Source: Octopus sinensis (Eukaryota). Taken from it: DNA of 64,000 bases. Numbering within the stretch: the first letter of the stretch is position 1; the number at the start of each line of letters is the position of its first letter. Of the stretch, positions 52,100-64,000 are shown piece after piece. Under the pieces are notes generated by a model, which searched no databases, was not told the origin of the DNA, and saw nothing but the letters and a program-made list of their open reading frames with translations. The stretch spans positions 78,058,001 to 78,122,000 of the forward strand of contig NC_043005.1 in NCBI RefSeq assembly GCF_006345805.1, read 5' to 3'. A program made the position numbers and the translations under genes.

Positions 52100-52323
52100 G
52101 GTCGAGTAAATCGATCCCAGGACTGGCCTTAACTCTAACACTTATTCAATCAGTCTTTTTTGCCGAACCGCTAAGTTACGCTGACTCAAGCACACCAACA
52201 CCCGGTTGTCAAGCGGTGATGAGGAAACAAACATAGACACAAAGACACACACATAGATATATATACATATATACATGTATATATATATATTTATATATTT
52301 ATATATATATATGTGTGTGTGTG

Positions 52324-52380
<57 letters not shown>

Positions 52381-52790
52381 ATATGATGTGCTTCTTTCAG
52401 TTTACGTCCACCAAATCCAGTCACAAAGCTTTGGTCAGCCCAAGACTATAGTAGAAGATATTTGCTCAATGTGTCACGCAATGAGACTGAACCAGGAACT
52501 CTGTGGTTAGGAAGGAAGTTTTTTTACCACACAGCCACGCCTGACTGAAATTGAGAGAATATGTTTCTATGTGTGTGCAGTTATCCATCTGTGTTTGTCC
52601 CCTACCGCAACTGGATAACTGGTTTTGTTGTGTTTATGTCCCCGTACATTAGCGGTTCGGCAAAAGAAATGGAGAAAATAAATACCAGGCTTAAAAAACA
52701 AAAATAAGCATTGGTGTCGATTGGTCCGACTAAAATCCCTCAAGCCATGGCCACAGTCTAAATGCCTGAAACAAGTATAAAAGACAAAAG
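52100..52790. mobile_element. CORE-type SINEs (52100-52545 -, 52580-52790 + fragment) with expanded (TA)n/(GT)n
   Basis: Family consensus blocks. Confidence 0.7.
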
Positions 52791-53518
52791 ATCCAGATTC
52801 GTTAGCTTAATAAGATGTTTCACATTATTGACATCGTTGTGAGCAAATTGTGTGAACGTGCCGTTTCCTGTTATTCGGGGTTTAAAACCACGAAGTAATA
52901 GGAAATTACTTCGGATTTCGTGACCTAATTACGTGACCTAAACTGAGGTCTTTTGCCATTGTACAACCAATCAATTTCTCAACCGATCAGTTCATAGAAA
53001 TATATAAAAAAAATATCAAAAGTTTTCTCTTTAAAAAAGACTGAAATTTTCTACCACCTAAAACGACGCAATTTTCCAAAACAGTTTCTGTCTTAGATTT
53101 TAAACTTAGCGAAAAATCGATAATTAAGTACTTCATAGAATCTTATATAAAATCGTTTGTACAACGGTATTACAAGATTCATAAATAATTAATAAAGAGT
53201 CTATAGCAAACCTTTAAAAAAAAAAAGCATTGATTTTGTTTGATCGAGTTTCTTCATCAGTCTTTTCAGAAAGTCGGTGAACACATTCTATATTGTTGAA
53301 TTCTTCGCTTTTGAAGTTATTTTGCCTCGAACCATAGGACTCACAAGTCTAGTGATCCGGTTTCCCTGGCGTCTAAGTGATCGAGATTACAACAATTTTC
53401 GTAAAGGGATAATCAGTCTGTTGCAGTGTTCAGAGCTAGCAATTTTGAGGGGAAGACAAAAGTTGACTATATCAACCTCAGTTCTTGACTACTACTTTAT
53501 TTTATAGACCTACCAAAT

Positions 53519-53556
<38 letters not shown>

Positions 53557-53589
53557 TGTGTGCGTGTATGTGTGTGTGTGTTTGTGTGT

Positions 53590-54548
53590 GTGTATATATA
53601 TAAATATGGTAAAACAACAAAAGAATGAAAGAGACCTCGATATTATGTAAATAGAGGAATTTATCTGTAAATGTAATATGTGACAATTATTCGCTACCCA
53701 TGATAAAAGTCCGAGTTTCGGATGTCGGGGCGGAAATCCACGCCACCATCTCTTCAGTTATCCGGCTATCGGAAAAAATGCTATGAAAATGTACGTATAT
53801 AGATGAGTGTGTGTGTGTGCGTGCATGCGAGTATGTGCGTATATAGACGTGTTTTATTCATTGCTTATTTTTACACACTTTTTACATATTTTCCTGTATT
53901 TTGCTTTTAGCTCTGTTTTGTCTTGTGCATTCACGTATATAGACGTGTGTGTGAACTTTTTTGTGCGCATGTGTGTGTGCGTATATAGACGTGTGCGGGT
54001 ATGCGCGTATGCGCGTATGTAGACGTGTGTGTGTGTGTGCGTGCATACAGGTATGTGCGTATATAGACGTATTTTACTCTTATTGCTTATTTTTTATACT
54101 TCTTTACACTTTTCTCTGTATTGTTTTCTTGTGCATGTGCGTATATAGACATGTGTATGCACCTTTTTGGTGCGCATATGTGTGTGTGTGTGCGAGCGTA
54201 TATGCGGGTATGTGTATATATATATATTTTTTTGGTGAATGGTGTGGGTGAGAATGTGTGTGTTTCAAGTGAGGGTGGATGAGTGTATACTTATAGGCGC
54301 ATGTACGTGGGTGTTCGGGTGCGTATGTGTGGGTATGGACATGCGCGCTTACGCGAATACTATGAAATTTTTTACCCCCTTACGTTTACTCCCTGCCCTC
54401 ACTTAGCAGTCATTCAAATAGCTCTTTTGTCTTAATAACGGTCAATCACAGAGTAATTTCCCTTTGTTTAACGGTCATTTTCATAGCATTTTTTTGCGAT
54501 GGCCGGATAACTGAAGAGATGGCGGGGTTTCCGCCCCGACACCCGAAC
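53590..54548. mobile_element. Penelope-like non-autonomous element with inverted pseudo-LTRs
   Basis: 53715-53792 is inverted relative to 54475-54548, around a (GT)/(GTGC)-rich spacer with an internal duplication. Both arms carry CTGAAGA...GAA. Confidence 0.65.
53702..53762 (-). ncRNA. Candidate type I hammerhead ribozyme
   Basis: gataa-CTGAAGA-gatg...catc-C-GAAAC-tcgga-ctt-ttatc. Stem I gataa/ttatc and stem II gatg/catc pair; stem III carries one mismatch. Confidence 0.5.
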
Positions 54549-55389
54549 ATATATAAATCATTAACCGCTTCCTATACTCCTAAAAATAGGCGCACACATT
54601 GTATAATGAAGTTGAAGTGTAATCTGAATACAAGTGAGAATACATTTGATCATTGGACATCTTTCATGATAGCTGATCAAGGGAGATAATGAGCAACAAC
54701 AAAAAAAATTCCCGGCTATTTTAGTAGCAGACTTGGAGTAGTATAATTACTGTTTTACTATGTGCAAGGTTAAAGAAGAGATAGAGAAGCGATAAAGTGG
54801 CAAAAGTCGATTGATTCGATTCCACTACTTGACTGTTCTTATGTCATCGATTCTGGAACGAAGTAGACAAAGACTTTTCTAGTAGGATCTCAACTCAGAA
54901 CCTAAAGTGGTATTTCTATTTAGAGTAATACATTAAGTTCTTCTCTATATAATGTCTGGCATTGCACAATAGAAATAAATATTGGTTACAAATTGTGGCA
55001 CAAGGCCAGCAATTTTTTTAGGGAAGTGATGAGTCGATTACATCGACCCCAGTGAACAACCGATACTTATTTTATCAATCCCGAGAGGATGAAAGGCAAA
55101 GTCGACTTCGGCGAAATTTGAACTCAGAACGTAAAGATGGACGAAATCCGGCGTACTAACGACTCTGCTAGCTCGCCGCCTACAAACAAAAAAAAGGAAA
55201 AATAAATACTGATATCTTACAGGTACAAGTGACTATTTTGGTGGAGGGTGCAGTCGATTATACTGACCCTAGTATCCGGTTGGAACTTTTGTGTATTGAT
55301 CTCATTACCCCTAGTACTTAATTTCATTGTTCTTAATGCTCGATTCGTATTTTATTTTATCGACCTCCACCCGTACCTGAATGGTATTC

Positions 55390-55930
55390 GAGCTGGCAGA
55401 ATCGTTAGCACGCCGGACGAAATGCTTAGCGGTATTTCGCCCGTCGCTACGTTCTGCGTTCAAATTCCGCCGAGGTTGACTTTGCCTTTCATCCTTTCGG
55501 GGTCGATAAATTAAGTACAAGTTACGCACTGGGGTCGATAAAATCGACTTAATCCGTTTGTCTGTCCTTGTTTGTCTTCTCTGTGTTTGGCTCCTTGTGG
55601 GTAGTAAAGAAATAGGTATTTCCCCCGTCGCTACGTTCTGCGTTCAAATTTCGCCGAGGTCGACTTTGCCTTTCATCCTTTCGGGGTCGGTTAAATAAGT
55701 ACCAGTTACGCACTGGGGTCGATGTAATCGACTTAATCCATTTGTCCCCTCGATGTCTAGCCCATGTGGGTAGTAAAGAAATAGGTATTTCTTCCGTCGC
55801 TACGTTCTGCGTTCAAATTTTGCCGAGGTCGATTTTGCCTTTCGTCCTTTCGGGGTCGATAAATTAAGTACTAGTTGCGTACTGGGGTCGATCCAAATTT
55901 CAGGCTATGTACCTATAGTAGAAAGGACTG
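55390..55930 (+). mobile_element. Meta/MESC-SINE trimer
   Basis: One head and three units sharing the variant ccgtcgctacgttctgcgttcaaatt. Confidence 0.9.
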
Positions 55931-56274
55931 TACATTGTCAAACCAATCAGTTCACAACCAGTTCATTATTTTATGAACCACAGTATTGGACTTGTACTTT
56001 ATATTATTTAATCCGGTACTTGCGTGGTCTGATGGTCAAGGTGTTGCACTCACGATTACAAGATCGTAATTTCGATTCCCAGAGCGGCTATTCGCTGTGT
56101 TCTTGAGCAAAACACTTCATTTTTCATTACTCCAGTTTACTCAAATATAAATGAGTAACTCTAAGGAAGTGTGGAAATTTCAGTGGAAATGTTGTGGACT
56201 CCGCCACTTATACGCAATGAAAACGGGGTGACCGGTCCCATGAAATATCAACTCGGTACAATAGTATCCAGCGC

Positions 56275-56560
56275 TTGCTGATGATGACGATGAGTATGAT
56301 GCTGCTGATGATGACGATGAGTATGATGCTGCTGATGATGACGATGATGACGATGATGACAATGACGATGAGTATGATGCTGATGATGGTAATGATGATG
56401 CCGATAATGATGAAGATGATGACGACGATGATGACGATGATGAGGATAATGATGATGATGATCATCATCATCATGATCATGATGATCATGATGATCATGA
56501 TGATGACAATGATGATGATGGTGATGATGATGATGACGACGACGACGATGATGATGATGC
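56275..56560. repeat. Degenerate (ATG)n/(ATC)n trinucleotide tract
   Basis: Seen directly; includes a 27-bp higher-order unit gctgatgatgacgatgagtatgatgct. Confidence 0.95.
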
Positions 56561-57404
56561 ACTCTACTAGTACTTGACTTTATCACCCTCAACGTATAAC
56601 TAGTACTTCATTTTGTCAACTTCACTATCTGACTGGTTCCTAGTTTTTACTCGACAACAACAAAAAAAAACAGACAAGTACTGCTGAATCTGGTAAAAGT
56701 GAAATTCTCAACGCCAAAAGGTGTAACTAAATATTGAAAAGCATTTTGCGCGCTGTTCATCTGAATCTGCCAATAATCCGTCCTTAATAGAACTCGATAT
56801 CGAAAATCATTTTATCTGCCGTGCTAGCATTTCTTTCCCTCCATTCTATTTATCTTCATATAAGAAAGCCTCCTTTGACGTCAGTTCAACTAGGGTTTGT
56901 CAATTATATCTCCTGTTTACAATTGAAACCGGAGATCAATAAGGGCCATTCAACTATATCTTAAACCATAATATCGTTTAAACTAGCATAACATAAAGAC
57001 GACGAAAGAAAACCCATCTGCCTCTAGGCTATTTTAATTGCATCAGTTGGCTGCTTTTGGCACATCAGCTTATAAATGATTGATGATAGATAATAAATAG
57101 CAGTCGATCATCAGTTATTGTCAACTACATAAACGGACAACCATTGTAAAGAACTAAATTTAAATAGCGATTTCCAATTCTCTCTTTACTACATGCTTTA
57201 TCTCATGTGCGCTATAATCTATATTATTAACCGAATGGGTGACCTCACAAAACTGGATAAGCTAAGAGCAGGATATTGTTTACTCTTTTATTCTTTCGCT
57301 TCTTTCAGTCATTTGACTGTGGCCATGCTAGAGCACTGCCTTGGGATGGTTTGAATAAACATTGTTTTCGAGTCATATATATGACTCATAGGGCCGGTTT
57401 TCAT

Positions 57405-57960
57405 GCCGGGCGAAATGCTTAGCGGTATTTCATCTGCCGTTATGTTCTGAGTTCAAATTCCGCCGAGGTCGACTTTGCCTTTCATCCTTTCCGGGTCGAT
57501 AAATTAAGTACCAGTTACGCACTGGGGTCGATGCAATCGACTTAATCCGTTTGTCTGTCCTTGTTTGTCCCCTCTGTGTTTAGCCCCTTGTGGGTAATAA
57601 AGAAATAGGTATTTCATCTGCCGTTATGTTCTGAGTTCAAATTCCGCCGAGGTCGACTTTGCCTTTCATCCTTTCGGGATCGATAAATTAAGTACCAGTT
57701 ACACACTGGGGTCGATGTAATCGACTTAATCCGTTTGTCTGCCTTGTTTGTCCCCTCTATGTTTAGCCCCTTGTGGGTAATAAAGAAATAGGTATTTCGT
57801 CCGACTTCACGTTCTGAGTTCAAATTCCACCGAGGTCGACTTTCTCTTTCATTCTTTCAGGGTTGATAAAATAAGTAATAATCATGCACTGGGAACGATG
57901 AAATTGAGTTGCATCCTTCCCCAAAAATTCCGGGCCTTGTTACCCACAGTAGAAAGGATT
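57405..57960 (+). mobile_element. Meta/MESC-SINE trimer
   Basis: Three cores; units 1 and 2 share the variant atttcatctgccgttatgttc. Confidence 0.9.
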
Positions 57961-59162
57961 GTTACATATATTTTCTATTTTCGTTCCGTGTTGTGTTGTC
58001 CATCGAGCCATTTTTAAGGGGTTTCATTAGCATAACATCTTTGTACCATGAAAAATTATTGTTAGCCTCTTGCTCATCGTTTCTCCATTTCTTGGAACAA
58101 GGGACGCCAAGAGAGAGAGAGAGAGAGAGAGGGCAACCAGACCCAGTAATTAACTAGTTATTTATTTATCGACCATTGTGGTCGAACTTAGTGGGATTTG
58201 AAGTCAGAGCACAGACAACATGAACAAATAGCGCAAGGCATTTTAACCGACGCTCTATCGATTTTTGCCAATTCGCCATAAGCCTTTATTAACGAATCCT
58301 GATTTAGCTATAAGGTCAACAATTTTGAAAGAAGGGGATTAGAGCACACAACGCTATCGTTATCTTTCGTGGTTATTTGTTGATGCTTGTGGAGAATGAA
58401 AATGTTTTTTACAAGGCTGCTTGTAAAATTATTAACAAGACACAAACAATTAACAGATGCATTATTGACTGCATACAGTGTTTTCTGTGTTGATCTTGGA
58501 TGAAGAATAAATCCAATTATTTGAACACACTGGAAGAGACATACTTCTGGGGTCTATGATAAAATAGCTGGTGTGTATCAGTCCATTACAACTGGGAAAA
58601 TATCGGGCTAAATTCATGACGGCAAAAATTATACCTTCTATTTGCAAGGCTGGTGAATAGAAAATGAGAATGGAGTCATGACAGCAACTACCACGACTTT
58701 CTGAGGGTACTTTTTATTTTAAAAATCCATTTTTTATAAGATTCTTTAGAAGGTTTTAAAAAATCAAATCACGTGATTGCTTGAGGCTCATTCGTAAGTT
58801 AATCGGCCAATCACGTGAAACGATAGTGATTTCAACGTAGCATTCGCACGGATGTCCAGCGATTCGGTTGCTGGTCTGCTACACCACTAACCCTCAGTAC
58901 TTGTTTGGTTCTTTATTTTATTGATCCCGGGTGGAGGAAGGACAAGGGTGACATCGGCAAGTTTTGAAGTTGGTGCACAAAGAAGCTGAACAAAAACTTC
59001 AGGTATTTTATCCACTGCTCTAACGACTTTGCTCTTAGGTACCACAAACTAAATTAATTTTTCTAATTCACACCCCACCGCTTATATCTGGAGTGTCTGC
59101 TTACCAGACGTAGATCTGGAATTTCCTTTGTATCACACACCACTATCTTAAACTAGAAGCCA

Positions 59163-59470
59163 TTCGACGAGGTAATCCGAAATAATCTAAAAGACAGGAT
59201 GATCAAGTAATTAATGCTTTCGATTATATAATTACTCAAACAAGGTCAACCTAGGGTTAAACCTTAATAATGAAAAAAAAAACAAACAAACCGAAACTCT
59301 GTTTAAGCTATTCCAACGTTCGACGAGGTAATCCGAAATAACCTAAAAGAGAGGATTATCAAGTAAGTAATGCTTTCGATTATATAATTACTCAAACAAG
59401 GTCAACCTAGGGTTAAACCTCAATAATGAAAAAAACAAACAAACTGAAACTCTTTGAGCTATTCCAACGT
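59163..59470. repeat. Tandem duplication, unit about 156 bp
   Basis: ttcgacgaggtaatccgaaataa...gctattccaacg occurs twice (59163, 59319) with few differences. Confidence 0.92.
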
Positions 59471-59745
59471 TTCAGCTGATGAAAAGTTGATCTTCACACG
59501 CACTGACTTCTTCATAAATATTTTTACGGCCTTAAGTGTATGTAAACTAAAAATCAATATTTGGTCACAACTATGGTTTTCAATGGAATTGTGGTATATT
59601 ATATAGTATACGCTATATTGACAAAATCTGGTTTATTATGAATAGAAGTTTGAGTGGTTACTACAACACGAAAGAACATTGTTAATACACTCAAAGCTGT
59701 GTGAAAATGAAAACGAAATGTAAGTGGATAACATCTTATTTAACG

Positions 59746-60030
59746 GCAGAAACTCGAATGTGGAGCCTAAAAACAGAAACAATCCCTATCACAGTAGGCG
59801 CATTAGGTATGATAAAAACTACTCAAACAAATACAAAACAAAACACCAGGACTTACAAGTATATATACCATAAAGAAATAGCACTACTAAGCACCGCACA
59901 CATTCTACGTAAGACAGTTTCAATACAGTGAAAATAACAGCACCACAACAAACCACAGCACATACCCAAGGCACACAGAGCTGCGCTCGGTAGTGCAGTG
60001 AAAGCACGTGATAAAAATGAGACTACTGAA
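59746..60030 (+). mobile_element. R4/Dong-clade (RLE) LINE 3' end
   Basis: RMWSLKTETIPITVGALGMIK...IALLSTAHILRK*, a short 3' UTR, then (TAC)n(AAT)n. Confidence 0.7.
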
Positions 60031-60053
60031 TACTACTACTACTACTCCTACTC

Positions 60054-60104
<51 letters not shown>

Positions 60105-60119
60105 TACTACTACTACTAC

Positions 60120-60157
<38 letters not shown>

Positions 60158-60345
60158 GCTTCAAATTTTGGCTCAAGACTAGCAATTTCGGAGGAAAGGT
60201 AGGCCGATTACATCGACCCAAATGTTCAAATGGTACTTATTTAATCTACCTCGAAAGGATGAAAGATAAGGCCGATCTCGGCGGAATTTGAGCTCAGAGC
60301 ATGAGACAGACGAAATACTGCTAAGCATTTCGCCCGGCATGCTAA

Positions 60346-60382
<37 letters not shown>

Positions 60383-61146
60383 CATGGAGACTGAAGTTGC
60401 TGTTAAGATAAGAGTATTGATATTAGAAATACTAGTATTGAAATATTTGTAGCAGATGAGATTTCTGTCATATGAATAGGTTTGCTAACAAAGTACTTAT
60501 GTATATATTATTATCCTGTTATCGCTGTATGATACTGTATCAATTCATGAAAATGTAGATATTAGTTCATGAAAATCTATGATATTAATTACAATGCTGC
60601 AGCGTTAGTAATGTTAAAGCGAAATGAAATTGAAGATAAATAAAAGACACAAACATTATATAATATCTATAAAAGATTACGACAGACTCTGCTAACGCTT
60701 AAAGAATTTCACTAATTTTATGTTAGGATTTTAAAATATTTTCAACAACAAATTATTTAACACATCAGAGTGACCGGCCAGGAACAACACTTAAGTCGGA
60801 ACTTATTGAATATTTTCTTTCATTTATTTGATAAGGGGACTGTTAACCGAAATATTATAGAAGTATTGAACAACCTCTGCAAGGGAATGTAATATATTTT
60901 TTCTCATCGTTTTCATTTACTGACATCACATTGCATACTCTGACAAACTTGTCACATACAATGCTCGAATGCTTTTAAGATATTTACATTAAAATTAACG
61001 CCTTTATAGATGCAGGCATGTGTGTTTGGTTAAGAGGCACGTAACTTCGGATTCCCAGCGTGCCTTGGGTGCCTTCTGTTATAACCCGGGTCGATAACTG
61101 CATTGTGAGTGAATTTGGTTGAAGGAAGCTGCGTATAATATATATG

Positions 61147-61213
<67 letters not shown>

Positions 61214-61385
61214 GTGTAATGTAGGCAATTGGGGTAAATCCTAGCTGTTTCTTCTTGAAGCATATCTGCTTATTCCATTATTAAAATCCAGTATGTAGTC
61301 TCAGTTGCTGCTCTATCAGATTTCAAAATACACATTAAAATCGAGAATTATGGAAATATTATTTGCAGAGTTATTGTATAATAAA

Positions 61386-61635
61386 CTGGAGGTGCGTGGC
61401 TTCGTGGTTAGGATGTCAGCATCATGATTGTAAGATTGTGGTTTCGATTCCTGGACCGGGCAACGCGTTGTGTTCTTGAGGAAAGCACTTCATTTCACGT
61501 TGCTCCAGTCCACTCAGCTGGCAAAAAATGAGTAACGCTGCGATGGACTGGCGTCCTGTCCAGCTGGAGAACACATACGCCATTGAAACCGGGCCCATGA
61601 GCCTGGCTAGGCTTTAAAATGGCACATTTATTTAT
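61386..61635 (+). mobile_element. tRNA-SINE with CORE-like and V-domain-like segments, 15-bp TSD
   Basis: TSD ttattgtataataaa at 61371-61385 and 61636-61650; gcgatggactggcgtcctgtccag; (ATTT)n tail. Related decayed copies at about 925, 36190 and 56020. Confidence 0.85.
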
Positions 61636-61677
61636 TTATTGTATAATAAAACATGTAACTAGAAATTTTGGAGTTGA

Positions 61678-61914
61678 CGTATTTACCATTACCCTAATTT
61701 CATTTGCTAATAGGAATTACACAGATTTAAATATCAGATAAGCATGTTAGAAATTTCGTATTAGCAATTCTTCAGGCAGAGAAACTAAATAATAACGTTA
61801 TTTAATTTCTTTGTTCGAAGAATTTCTAATACGAAATTTCTTACATGTCTACCTAACATGCAAAATTTAAAAAAAATTGTAATTCATATTAGAAAATGAA
61901 ACACGTGTAAATAC
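61678..61914. repeat. AT-rich palindrome (hairpin MITE-like)
   Basis: catgttagaaatttcgtattag / ctaatacgaaatttcttacatg around the centre aataacgttatt. Confidence 0.75.
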
Positions 61915-62919
61915 ATATACATATATACGTATGTATGTTTATGTGTGCGTTTGTACTTGAGACTACTTTTGTAACCCTTGGCAATCGGTGCTGGTTTGTT
62001 TGCACCCTCCGTAACTTACCGGTTCGAGAAAAGGTACCAACAGAATATGTACCAGACATGTAAAAAGTAAGTACTGGTGTCGATTTGTTTTAAAGGTCTA
62101 AAACCCTTCGGGGCAGCACGCCAGCTGTCTCCGTCGTTGCTCTAATTTCATGATGCTATATTAAGTTGTTTTTAGTTTCATTTTAATTGCTTCGAGATAC
62201 AGTAAAAACAATAAAACTACATCACAATGTATTTAGTGTTGAATGTAAAATGGCTTCTACTGTTCTGTTCGTTGAAAAATATATATTGCAACATAAACAG
62301 AACGTTTGAAATCGTTGGCTGTTTATTCTTTTATTTTGCGCTGTCATTGATGTGCAATGATTTTATTATAGATGAAGAGCTTAGCTTTATTACTGCCAAG
62401 GAAGTTTAGAGACAGATAACAAAGACGAGTAGGCAATTTTGAAAACAAATATCTATTTTCAGATATCGTTTCATATGTTTTGGTTATACATTATATGACA
62501 AATTTCGTATTAGTATACAAGTGGCAGATACGGCTGTGTGGATAAGAAGCTCAATTATTAGCCATATAGATTCGGTTGGATTCAGTCTCACTGTACAGCG
62601 CATTGGGTTTCTTCTACTATAGCACACCGGGCCCGACCGACGCCTTATTGGTGAATTTCATAGACAGAAAAATAAAACTGCGTAAAAGCTCGTCATATAC
62701 GTACATACATACTACGTACATGCACACACATACACACACACACGCATATATATATATACATATACTTATAGACAGATCTCTCTCTCTCTCTCTCTCTCTC
62801 TCCCCTCTCTCTCTCTCTTTCTGAAACGACAGAGAAAATTAAAGAGGTGGGAGAAAATTATTATATACGGCTACATATTGTGATGAAGTAAATCTACCAA
62901 CAAGGATACGGATCACCGA

Positions 62920-63143
62920 AGCTGGCGAGTTGGCAGAATAGATAGCACGCCGGACAAAATGCTTAGCGGCATTTCGTCTGTATTTACGTTCTAAGTTCAA
63001 ATTCCACCGAGGTCGACTTTACCTTTCATCCTTTCGGGGTCGATAAATTAAGTACTAGTGAATCACTAGAGTCGATGTCATCGACTGGTCCCCTCCCCCG
63101 CCAAAAAATTTGTGGCATTGTGCCTTTAGTAGAAAGGATTATT
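62920..63143 (+). mobile_element. Meta/MESC-SINE monomer
   Basis: Head, core and the ccttgtgcc..tagtagaaagga-type tail. Confidence 0.85.
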
Positions 63144-63864
63144 AAAGGTCGCCGGTCCCCAGAAACAGCACTTGGACTTATAATAACTTCTTTACCACCC
63201 CCTTTAATTTTCTCTTTTCTTTGTTGTCTGTGTAATATAAATACCTATATATTTATACATAAAATTTTAATCACCTGAAAGTTTCCACCTTTCGCTGTTT
63301 CTCGTTTTGCATGTATACATATTTACCTATTTTGTATTCGGTGTATTTAAATATACTTGATATATTTGACGTGTCTAAATTCTTTATCTGCATAATTGCC
63401 TTTATACCCGCTCAACATGATCCCTTGAAGAGCTTACTTTCAAAACCGGTTTATGTGCATATGTGGTGGATTTCATGATGACCCAATCTGGAAGCTGTTG
63501 GCTTCATGCACATGAATTTTTTCTCAGTCAAACTGGAATAGATGCCATATGGACAGTAGGAGAATGTTAATCTTCCAATCAAAATTAGATATATTCAAGC
63601 TGTTGTTTTAAACAATTACTCAAAAGCCATTCTGATGCATATATCTGGTTTTGAAAGTAAGCTCTTCTGGGAGCCTTTCTCTAACTTGTAGGTTGATCTA
63701 TAAAGATACCGGAGTCGAAGTTTGAATCTTTCTATACTGAGAATCTCTAGAGCTCATCTGTGAACAACTATATGTGTGTATGTGCGCGCGCGTGTGTGTG
63801 TTTGGCTTCCATCACAGCATGACAACCGGTGTGGTTTTCTTAAGTCCACGTAAGTCAGTTGTGT

Positions 63865-64000
63865 GGAGGCACATGGCATACTGGTTAGAACAGTGACTCG
63901 CGGTCGAGGGATCGCCGGTTCCAATCTCAGACCGGGCGATGTATGTGTTTATGAGTGAAACACTTAAGCTTCAGCAGAAGGCAATGGCGAACTTCTCCCA
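63865..64000 (+). mobile_element. tRNA-SINE head cut by the window end
   Basis: Same head as the copies at 43385 and 11080. Confidence 0.75.

Noticed and set aside
56180-56592. His-rich, Met-rich and Ile-rich ORFs
   Set aside because: All are frames of one (ATG/ATC)n tract, with no splice or domain context.

Overview
Repeat-dense, AT-rich eukaryotic genomic DNA, most likely from an octopus or other cephalopod (inferred from the tRNA-derived SINE families and the very high microsatellite load). The only clearly intact protein gene is an intronless linker histone H1/H5-family ORF (24754-25428 +). It sits in a block (about 17680-26200) that has a diverged, rearranged paralogous copy (about 10640-13790) holding a truncated, inverted H1 pseudogene. 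Comparing the two copies gives the empty site for a 3.7 kb Helitron (20796-24516, minus) just upstream of H1. That Helitron hosts a TTAA-bounded, degenerate Academ-type transposase/XPG-nuclease ORF, which is itself hit by a SINE. The rest is SINEs (Meta/MESC-, CORE-, V- and possibly Nin/Deu-domain types), short Helitrons, mariner copies and MITEs, LINE fragments (CR1-like, RTE, R4/Dong), Penelope-type inverted repeats with hammerhead-like cores, and microsatellites. Much of the unique-looking DNA between repeats reads as heavily decayed LRR/Toll-like receptor coding sequence on both strands. Most ORFs in the supplied track are microsatellite or SINE artefacts. All alignments and translations were done by eye, so boundaries of degenerate features are approximate.
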